DNA of 32,000 nucleotides from Mycolicibacterium smegmatis (GTDB lineage Bacteria; Actinomycetota; Actinomycetes; Mycobacteriales; Mycobacteriaceae): NCBI RefSeq assembly GCF_001457595.1, contig NZ_LN831039.1, positions 1,830,001 to 1,862,000 of the forward strand, read 5' to 3'. Shown piece by piece: positions 25,509 to 32,000 of this stretch (position 1 is its first letter; each line of letters starts with the position of its first letter). The notes under the pieces were generated by a model. It saw only the letters and a program-made list of their open reading frames with translations, ran no database searches and was not told where the DNA came from. The position numbers and the translations under genes were made by a program.

Positions 25509-26618
25509 ATGCTGAAGTCACGGTGGTCGCTCATCGCGCTTCGGTGGCTCCTCCTGCTCGCGGTGACGATCGCGGTCACCGTGCCGCTCACCCTCATCGG
25601 CGTCCCGTCGGCCGCCCTGTTCGCCGCCCTCGTGGTCGGCGTCGTGCTCGCGATCGCGGCTCTGGCCCCGGAACGCGTCCCGCGGCAGGCCGGCGTGGTG
25701 GCCCAGGGCGTGCTCGGTGTCTACATCGGCACCATGGTTCACCAGGACGCGGTCGACGCCCTGCACTCGGACTGGGCGATCGTGCTGGCGATCGCCGTGG
25801 CCACCCTGGTCATCAGCGTCATCGCCGGTGCGCTGCTCGGCCTGCACCGCGATGTCTCGCCGCTCACCGGATCCCTTGCGCTCGTGGCAGGCGGCGCGTC
25901 GGGCCTCGTGGCGATCGCGCGTGAACTCGGCGGCGACGACCGCGTGGTCTCGGTCGTGCAGTACCTGCGCGTCGCGCTCGTGACGGCCACCATTCCGCTC
26001 GTGGTGACCGTGGTGTTCCACGCCGATCGGTCGCATCCGGCCGTCGACCTACCGCAAACCGCCGCGGCGCCTTGGTATCTGAGCCTCGCGATGCTCGCGG
26101 GCCTGGTGATTGTCGGCGCGGTGGGCGGACGGTTGCTGCACATGCCGGGCGCCGGTCTGCTCGGCCCGCTGGCCCTGACCGTGGTGCTGCAGTTGACCGG
26201 TCTGTCGTTCGGCCTCACCGTCCCCGACGTGCTGGTGCAGGCCGGTTACATGGTGATCGGTTGGCAGGCCGGTGTGGCGTTCACCCGGGAATCGCTGCGG
26301 GCCATCGGACGGATCCTGCCGCTGGCCCTGCTGCTCATCGTGGTGCTCGGGGTGGCCACCGCACTGCTGGGGGTCGTGCTGGCCAACGTCACCGGCGTGA
26401 CACAGCTGGAGGGTTATCTGGCCACGAGCCCCGGCGGCGTCTACGCGGTGCTGGCCACCGCGGTCGAGACGGGCTCCAATGTCACGTTCGTCATCGCCGC
26501 GCAGGTGCTGCGGGTACTGCTGATGCTGTTCGCCGCACCCCTGCTGGCCCGCGTGATGATCCGGCTCACGGGTCGTCAGACCGAGGCGGCCGAGGTCGCC
26601 ACACCGGCACGTCGATAG
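25509..26618 (+). CDS. AbrB-family (duplicated AbrB/ammonia-monooxygenase-like) integral membrane protein
   Basis: 369-aa, very hydrophobic ORF with about 10 or more predicted TM segments in two similar halves. Shine-Dalgarno GGGAGG lies 5 nt upstream of the ATG. Family assignment is from overall resemblance only. Confidence 0.65.
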   Translation: MLKSRWSLIALRWLLLLAVTIAVTVPLTLIGVPSAALFAALVVGVVLAIAALAPERVPRQAGVVAQGVLGVYIGTMVHQDAVDALHSDWAIVLAIAVATLVISVIAGALLGLHRDVSPLTGSLALVAGGASGLVAIARELGGDDRVVSVVQYLRVALVTATIPLVVTVVFHADRSHPAVDLPQTAAAPWYLSLAMLAGLVIVGAVGGRLLHMPGAGLLGPLALTVVLQLTGLSFGLTVPDVLVQAGYMVIGWQAGVAFTRESLRAIGRILPLALLLIVVLGVATALLGVVLANVTGVTQLEGYLATSPGGVYAVLATAVETGSNVTFVIAAQVLRVLLMLFAAPLLARVMIRLTGRQTEAAEVATPARR

Positions 26619-27340
26619 ATGACCGGCTGCGCCGCGACGCCGTTGGCCGCGAAGTTCGCCAGGACGAACGAGCGGAATGTCCGGTCGAACAACAGGCTCG
26701 GCAGGAAGGTCCGCAGCGTCGGCCAGCTCGCGTGGTTGACCACGCTGTAGTCGGCGGGCTCACCGGGCAGCGGCCGCAGCAGCGTCGAATCCGGCAGTGC
26801 CGTGTGGTGCTGGAACCATCCCGCGGTGTACTTCCACACGGCCTGCACCGTATCGGCGTCGTCGCAGTGGAAGTAGTTGAACAGAAACCACCGGTCGTGG
26901 CTGTGGTCGACGTCGGCGATGCGGGCCGCGTTGTCCGCCGCGATACGGCGGGTGTGCCGCGCGCCGCGCCGCAGAACCGATTCCAGATCGCCGAAGGCCG
27001 GGTCGGCACGCACGGCGTCGACCGCGTCGATCGATACTGTGCGGATCAGCACCACGACGTCGTGACGCGCGGGGCGAACACCCGCACGGGCCAGCACATC
27101 CGACCCCTCGCCGGGTGGGCGCAGCACCGCGCGGAACACCGCGGCCTCGACGACGTCGTCGCGGCGGGCGAGACGTTGCGTCAGCTCGACCGCGCGGTCC
27201 ACGGCGCGGCGCCGGTTCGCCGACGGTGCCGCGAACGGCCCGACCCATCTGCCGAATTCGGCTGCGAGCATGACGAACCCGTGGTCGGTGGGCGTGATCA
27301 GTTCGACCGGGACGGCCAGGGTGTCGTTGACGAGTTTCAT
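26576..27340 (-). CDS. hypothetical protein, 254 aa, no family recognised
   Basis: A strong Shine-Dalgarno GGAAGGAG lies 5 nt upstream of ATG 27340. It starts 24 nt downstream of the FAD monooxygenase stop on the same strand. I recognise no motif. Its 3' end overlaps the convergent AbrB gene by 43 bp. Confidence 0.6.
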   Translation of the reverse strand: MKLVNDTLAVPVELITPTDHGFVMLAAEFGRWVGPFAAPSANRRRAVDRAVELTQRLARRDDVVEAAVFRAVLRPPGEGSDVLARAGVRPARHDVVVLIRTVSIDAVDAVRADPAFGDLESVLRRGARHTRRIAADNAARIADVDHSHDRWFLFNYFHCDDADTVQAVWKYTAGWFQHHTALPDSTLLRPLPGEPADYSVVNHASWPTLRTFLPSLLFDRTFRSFVLANFAANGVAAQPVIYRRAGVATSAASV

Positions 27341-27364
27341 GATTCTCCTTCCGTGGGACGGGGG

Positions 27365-28513
27365 TCAGCGACGGTCCAGCCCGGACAGCCGCCAGGCCAG
27401 TGCGCGCCGTACGGCGGGCAGGGATCCCGCGGCGCGCATGATCCGGTTGCGCAGCGGACGTTTTCGCGCCGACGCGGTCGCGAGATCGGTGAGCCGTCCG
27501 GTGGCCGCGACGATCTTCTGTGCGGTGCGACGACGGTCGGCCGCGTAGTCGTCGAGCGCGGTGTCGGGGGCGCCGTCGAGCACCTCCGAAAGCGCCCCGG
27601 CGAGCATGACGGCGTCTTCGATGCCGAGGTTCATGCCCTGCCCGCCGGCAGGGGAGTGCACGTGCGCGGCGTCGCCGGCCAGCAGAATCCGGTTGGCGCG
27701 GAACGTGTCCGCGACCCTGTGGTGCACGCGGAACCGCGAACTCCACACCACGTCCCGGACCGCGGCGGGTGACGCGTGCGGGCCGCGCTCGTCGAGCAGG
27801 CCCTGCACGAACGCCGCATCGGGGTGTGCCTGCGCCTGCTGCGCGTCGACGGTCGCGACGATGCGGTGGATGCCGTCGGGCAGCGGTGCGACGACCACCA
27901 GGCCCGCGGGGGAGAAGTACAAAATCACCTCTTTGGTGGGGATGCCGCCCGAGAGCCGGACGTCGGCCAGCACGAACGATTCGGCATATGTGCTGCCGCT
28001 GAACGGAATCCGGGCCGCCTCACGCACCGTGCTGTGCATGCCGTCGGCGCCCACCACATATCGCGCGCGGATCCGCTGGCCGTCCTCGAAGGTGACCATC
28101 GCGTGCGTGCCGTGCTGGGTGACCGAGGTCACCGTGGCGGGCCGGATCACCTTGCCGCCGAGGGCTTCCAGACGCTTGAGCAGGAATGCCTCGGTGTCGG
28201 CCTGCGAGATCATCAGGGTGTAGGGGTAGGCGGTGGGTAACCGGCCGAACGGCACCTCGACGAGCAGTTCGTCGCGGTCCCGGATGGTGAACGCCGGCGT
28301 GTGCACACCGCGGTTCACCAGGTCGTCCACGACGCCGTAGGGCTCGAGCAGTTCGAGCGTGCGGGCGTGCACCACGGCGGCGCGCGAGGTGTTGGCGCCC
28401 TCGGCCTGGCCGTCGACGACGGTCACGTCGCGGCCCTGCTGGGTGAGCACCATCGCGGCGGCGAGGCCGACGGGGCCGGCCCCGACGATCAGGACATCAG
28501 TTGCGATTGTCAT
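27365..28513 (-). CDS. FAD-dependent aromatic-ring monooxygenase (PHBH/UbiH-like hydroxylase)
   Basis: Start at ATG 28513 (MTIATDVLIVGAGPVGLAAAM, a GxGxxG motif), with Shine-Dalgarno AAGGAG 6 nt upstream. It also has the DG motif VVGADGMHSTVR and LLAGDAAHVHSPAGGQGMNLGIEDA. Confidence 0.88.
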   Translation of the reverse strand: MTIATDVLIVGAGPVGLAAAMVLTQQGRDVTVVDGQAEGANTSRAAVVHARTLELLEPYGVVDDLVNRGVHTPAFTIRDRDELLVEVPFGRLPTAYPYTLMISQADTEAFLLKRLEALGGKVIRPATVTSVTQHGTHAMVTFEDGQRIRARYVVGADGMHSTVREAARIPFSGSTYAESFVLADVRLSGGIPTKEVILYFSPAGLVVVAPLPDGIHRIVATVDAQQAQAHPDAAFVQGLLDERGPHASPAAVRDVVWSSRFRVHHRVADTFRANRILLAGDAAHVHSPAGGQGMNLGIEDAVMLAGALSEVLDGAPDTALDDYAADRRRTAQKIVAATGRLTDLATASARKRPLRNRIMRAAGSLPAVRRALAWRLSGLDRR

Positions 28514-28520
28514 CTCGACT

Positions 28521-28611
28521 CCTTTGTCAACACTTGTTGGCCAACGCTTGTTGACAAAGGTATGCCCGGTGAAAGGTGATGTCAACACTTGTTGGCCTAC
28601 ACTTGTTGACC
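28521..28611. promoter_or_regulatory. two related nested-palindrome operators (site 1 at 28521-28560, site 2 at 28580-28610) in the monooxygenase/TetR divergent region
   Basis: Site 1 is CCTTTGTCAACA-ctt-GTTGGCCAAC-gct-TGTTGACAAAGG, with 12-nt perfect outer arms around a perfect 10-bp central palindrome. Site 2 is TGTCAACACTTGTTGGCCTACACTTGTTGAC and ends 1 nt before the TetR ATG (28612). The core CTTGTTG occurs four times. Confidence 0.6.
28557..28585 (-). promoter_or_regulatory. putative sigma-A-type promoter for the monooxygenase operon, embedded in the operators
   Basis: The minus strand reads TTGACA (plus 28585-28580), a 17-nt spacer, then TACCTT (plus 28562-28557, fitting TAnnnT). The -35 lies inside operator site 2, and the predicted leader contains operator site 1. 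Confidence 0.4.
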
Positions 28612-29157
28612 ATGAGGCGATCGGCAGCTGAGACCAAGTCGGTGATCCTGGCCGCGGCCCGTGAGCGCTTTGCCGCCGACGGCTACGAGCGCGCCACGAT
28701 CCGGTCGATCGCGGCCGACGCGAGCATCGACCCGTCGATGGTCATGCGCTATTTCGGCAACAAGGAGCGGCTGTTCGCGGCCGCGGCCGAGTTCGACCTG
28801 GAACTGCCCGACCTGGCCCTGGTGCCGCGAGAGGAGATCGGCGCGACACTGGCCGGGCATTTCCTGGAGCGGTGGGAGCGCGACGAGGCGCTGCTGATCC
28901 TGCTGCGCGCGGGCGTCACCAACGAGGCCGTCGCCGAGCGCATGCGCACGATCTTCGCCGCGCAACTCGCGCCCGTGATCGCCAAGCTCACCGGCGGCGC
29001 CCCGGACGCACCGGTGCGGGCCAGCCTGGCCGCATCGCAGGTGCTGGGGATGGCGTTGTGCCGCTACGTGCTGGCGTTTCCGCCGCTGGTCGACATGTCA
29101 CGCGACGGCGTCGTCGCCTGGATCGGCCCGACGCTGCAGCGGTACCTGGTGGGGTGA
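28612..29157 (+). CDS. TetR/AcrR family transcriptional regulator
   Basis: Start at ATG 28612 (MRRSAAETKSVILAAARERFAADGYERATIRSIAADASIDPSMVMRYFGNKERLF), a canonical TetR N-terminal HTH. The track ORF starts at 28576, inside the operator. Confidence 0.85.
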   Translation: MRRSAAETKSVILAAARERFAADGYERATIRSIAADASIDPSMVMRYFGNKERLFAAAAEFDLELPDLALVPREEIGATLAGHFLERWERDEALLILLRAGVTNEAVAERMRTIFAAQLAPVIAKLTGGAPDAPVRASLAASQVLGMALCRYVLAFPPLVDMSRDGVVAWIGPTLQRYLVG

Positions 29158-29163
29158 GGCGCG

Positions 29164-29958
29164 TCAGAGACGCGCGATGACTGAAGCGAGCAGCGCGCCC
29201 ATGCGGGTGGCGGACTCGCGTCCGGCCTGCAGCACCTCGGCGTGGCTGAGCGGTTCTCCCGTCATACCCGCCGCGAGGTTGGTCACGAGTGACACCGCGA
29301 GCACCTCGGCGCCTGCCGCGCGGGCCGCGATGGTCTCGTGCACCGTGGACATCCCGACCAGGTCGGCGCCGAGGGTGCGCAGCATCCGGATCTCGGCAGG
29401 CGTCTCGTAGTGCGGTCCCGGCAGGCCGGCGTAGACGCCCTCGGCCAGCGACGGGTCGAACTCGCGGGCCACGGCCCGCAGACGCGGCGAGTACGCGTCG
29501 ACCAGGTCGACGAACTGTGGCCCCACCAGCGGGGAGCGCGCCGTGAGGTTCAGGTGGTCACTGATCAGCACGGGCTGGCCCACGGTGTACTCGGGCCGCA
29601 GCCCACCTGCGGCGTTGGTGAGCACGACCGTGCGCACACCGGTCGCGACCGCGGTACGTACGGGGTGCACGACGTGTGCGAGGTCGTGGCCCTCGTAGGC
29701 GTGGATGCGGCCGACGAGCACCAGCACACGGTGTTCGCCGATACGGACCGACAGCACCTGACCGCCGTGGCCCGCTGCGGTGGGCGGGGTGAATCCCGGC
29801 AGGTCGGCCATGTCGACCACGCCGACGGGGTCGCCCAATTCGGCGACGGCGGGCGCCCAGCCGGATCCGAGGACCACCGCGACATCGTGCTCGACGACGC
29901 CCGTCCGGTCGGCGATCGCGGTCGCGGCCGCCTGGCTCGAGGTATGCGGGTCGGTCAC
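29164..29958 (-). CDS. punA: purine nucleoside phosphorylase (trimeric PunA type)
   Basis: 264-aa ORF with [49 protein letters not shown] and SLVTNLAAG. Confidence 0.92.
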   Translation of the reverse strand: MTDPHTSSQAAATAIADRTGVVEHDVAVVLGSGWAPAVAELGDPVGVVDMADLPGFTPPTAAGHGGQVLSVRIGEHRVLVLVGRIHAYEGHDLAHVVHPVRTAVATGVRTVVLTNAAGGLRPEYTVGQPVLISDHLNLTARSPLVGPQFVDLVDAYSPRLRAVAREFDPSLAEGVYAGLPGPHYETPAEIRMLRTLGADLVGMSTVHETIAARAAGAEVLAVSLVTNLAAGMTGEPLSHAEVLQAGRESATRMGALLASVIARL

Positions 29959-30005
29959 GGTAGGCGAGCTTAACGGGCCTGTTTCCCAAGTGAGATACTG
30001 CGAGA

Positions 30006-31190
30006 ATGTCCACCGCCACCGCTTCTCGCAGCGTCGAGGACGCCGTCAGACGGCGCAGCGGTGACCTGATCGAACTCTCGCACTCGATCCACGCCGAACC
30101 GGAACTGGCATTCGCCGAACACCGCAGCAGCGCCAAGACGCAGGCACTCGTCGCCGAGTACGGGTTCGAGATCACCGCGGCGGCCGGCGGGCTCGACACC
30201 GCGTTCCGCGCGTCCTACGGCAGCGGGTCGCTGGTGATCGGGATCTGTGCCGAGTACGACGCGCTGCCGGAGATCGGGCACGCGTGCGGGCACAACATCA
30301 TCGCGTCGTCGGCGGTCGGCACCGCGCTCGCGCTCGCCGAGGTCGCCGACCTGCTCGACCTCACGGTGGTGCTCGTCGGCACGCCCGCCGAGGAAACCGG
30401 CGGCGGCAAGGTCCTGCTGCTCGACGCCGGCGTCTTCGACGACATCGCCGCGTCGGTCATGCTCCATCCCGGCCCCGTCGACATCGCCGCGGCCCGGTCA
30501 CTGGCGCTGACCGAGGTGGCCGTGAGCTACACCGGACGGGAATCGCACGCCGCGGTGGCGCCCTATCTCGGGGTCAACGCCGCCGACGCCGTGACGGTCG
30601 CGCAGGTGGCGATCGGTCTGCTGCGCCAGCAGCTGGCCCCGGGGCAGATGGTGCACGGCATCGTCACCAACGGAGGCCAGGCCGCCAACATCATTCCCGG
30701 CCACGCCGAGATGCGATACACGATGCGGGCCGTCGACATGGCGGGGCTGCACGAACTGGAAAACCGGATGGCCGGATGTTTCGCGGCCGGGGCGCTGGCC
30801 ACGGGTTGTGAGCACGAGGTGTCCGAGACGGCGCCGGCGTATGCCGAGCTGAGGCCGGATGCGTGGTTGTCGGAGACCGTGCGCGCCGAGATGGTGCGGC
30901 TGGGACGGGAACCACTGCCGGAGAGTGTGGAGGCGAGTGTGCCGCTGGGCAGCACCGACATGGGCAATGTGACGCACCTGATGCCGGGGATCCATCCGGT
31001 GATCGGCGTCGACTCGGGCGGAGCGTCGCTGCACCAGCCGGCCTTCGCCGCCGCGGCGGCCGGGCCGAGTGCCGACAAGGCCGTGGTGGAAGGCGCGATC
31101 ATGTTGGCGCGCACCGTTGTCCAGCTGGCCGAGACCCCAGCCGAGCGTGACCGCGTGCTGGCCGCGCAGAGTCGGCGGGTGGCGTCGTGA
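30006..31190 (+). CDS. M20 family metallo-amidohydrolase (AmiB/AbgB-like)
   Basis: 394-aa ORF with [17 protein letters not shown] and [11 protein letters not shown]. The position next to punA matches the Mtb amidohydrolase pair. Confidence 0.88.
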   Translation: MSTATASRSVEDAVRRRSGDLIELSHSIHAEPELAFAEHRSSAKTQALVAEYGFEITAAAGGLDTAFRASYGSGSLVIGICAEYDALPEIGHACGHNIIASSAVGTALALAEVADLLDLTVVLVGTPAEETGGGKVLLLDAGVFDDIAASVMLHPGPVDIAAARSLALTEVAVSYTGRESHAAVAPYLGVNAADAVTVAQVAIGLLRQQLAPGQMVHGIVTNGGQAANIIPGHAEMRYTMRAVDMAGLHELENRMAGCFAAGALATGCEHEVSETAPAYAELRPDAWLSETVRAEMVRLGREPLPESVEASVPLGSTDMGNVTHLMPGIHPVIGVDSGGASLHQPAFAAAAAGPSADKAVVEGAIMLARTVVQLAETPAERDRVLAAQSRRVAS

Positions 31191-32000
31191 GCGTGGATCT
31201 GGGTGCGATCACCGACCGCTGGCTCGCCGAGCACTACGACGAGATGGTGGCCTGGCGCAGGCACATCCATGCCCACCCGGAGCTGGGACGGCAGGAGTTC
31301 GCCACCACCGAGTTCGTGGCGCGCCACCTCGCCGAGGCCGGGCTCAACCCGAAGGTGCTGCCAGGTGGGACGGGTCTCACGTGCGATTTCGGTCCCGAGG
31401 ACGGTCCACGCGTGGCGTTGCGCGCCGACATGGACGCGCTGCCGATGGCCGACCGGACCGGCGCGCCGTACGCGTCGACGGTGCCCAACGTCGCGCACGC
31501 CTGCGGTCACGATGCGCACACCGCGGTGCTGCTCGGCACGGCCAAGGTGCTGGCCTCGGCGACTGAACTCCCGGTCGGGGTGCGGTTGATCTTCCAGGCC
31601 GCCGAGGAACTGATGCCCGGCGGCGCCATCGACGCCGTCGCGGCAGGCGCGCTCAACGGCGTCACCCGGATTTTCGCGCTGCACTGCGACCCCCGCCTGC
31701 GCGTGGGCCGTGTGGCCACCAAGCCGGGACCGATCACCTCGGCCGCCGACTCGATCGAGATCACGCTGCACTCACCGGGCGGTCACACCTCGCGGCCGCA
31801 TCTCACCGGCGACCTGGTCTACGGGCTGGGGACGCTCATCACGGGCCTGCCCGGTGTGCTGTCGCGCCGCATCGACCCGCGCCACAACACCGTCATGGTG
31901 TGGGGTGCGGTCAACGCGGGCGTCGCGGCCAACGCGATCCCGCAGATCGGCACCCTGGCCGGCACGATCCGCACCGCGAGCCGCGACACGTGGCTGACGC
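31187..32000 (+). CDS. M20D family amidohydrolase (N-acyl-L-amino acid amidohydrolase-like), 3' end off the window
   Basis: Not in the track because it is open at the right edge. GTG 31187 forms a GTGA overlap with the previous stop. My translation is [48 protein letters not shown]...ALRADMDALPM...AHACGHDAHTAVLLG...RLIFQAAEELMPGGA. An alternative GTG start is at 31193. Confidence 0.85.
   Translation, partial: MSVDLGAITDRWLAEHYDEMVAWRRHIHAHPELGRQEFATTEFVARHLAEAGLNPKVLPGGTGLTCDFGPEDGPRVALRADMDALPMADRTGAPYASTVPNVAHACGHDAHTAVLLGTAKVLASATELPVGVRLIFQAAEELMPGGAIDAVAAGALNGVTRIFALHCDPRLRVGRVATKPGPITSAADSIEITLHSPGGHTSRPHLTGDLVYGLGTLITGLPGVLSRRIDPRHNTVMVWGAVNAGVAANAIPQIGTLAGTIRTASRDTWLT

Noticed and set aside
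26072-27772. 566-aa plus-strand ORF, together with 26760..27746 on the minus strand
   Set aside because: They overlap three better-supported genes in other frames or strands, and the translations are R/G/P-rich with no motifs.

Overview
This is a high-GC actinobacterial chromosome segment. Gene content and order (sdhCDAB, cdd, deoA, add ... upp, pmmB ... punA, two M20 amidohydrolases) match, from memory, the mycobacterial Rv3305c-Rv3319 syntenic block. The proteins look like those of a fast-growing Mycolicibacterium (M. smegmatis-like), but the species cannot be verified here. I call about 34 protein-coding genes. I saw no rRNA, tRNA, CRISPR array, transposase or phage gene. Core content: an Lrp-controlled aminotransferase and aldehyde dehydrogenase pair, succinate dehydrogenase sdhCDAB, and nucleoside salvage genes (cdd, deoA, add, upp, a phosphosugar mutase, punA). 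The accessory content sits in two blocks that Mtb lacks at these positions. (1) 13.7-22.6 kb holds an EspC-like small protein, a WXG-like::NlpC/P60 hydrolase and a coupled 55-aa ORF. It also holds a regulator-dense stretch: a SigH-like ECF sigma with SDR and cupin genes, a roughly 900-aa AAA+/LuxR (LAL) regulator, an ECF41 sigma, and an orphan SdhA/NadB-like flavoprotein. (2) 24.9-29.2 kb holds MarR, an AbrB-type membrane protein, an unknown 254-aa protein, a FAD monooxygenase and TetR. Main findings: (a) Two ECF41 (SigJ-like) sigma genes are present. An exact TGTCACA-N16-CGTC promoter lies 8 nt upstream of a CMD-family gene. A one-mismatch copy (TGTCACA-N16-GGTC) lies 6 nt upstream of the LAL regulator ATG, which suggests a cascade ECF41 -> LAL -> SigH-like sigma -> SDR/cupin. 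(b) There is a perfect 529-bp tandem duplication covering the add promoter and its first ~124-144 codons. (c) An in-frame TAG sits 4 codons into the conserved N-terminus of deoA. (d) The TetR/monooxygenase intergenic region carries two nested-palindrome operators. Many long ORFs in the track are antisense artefacts of high GC and are rejected.
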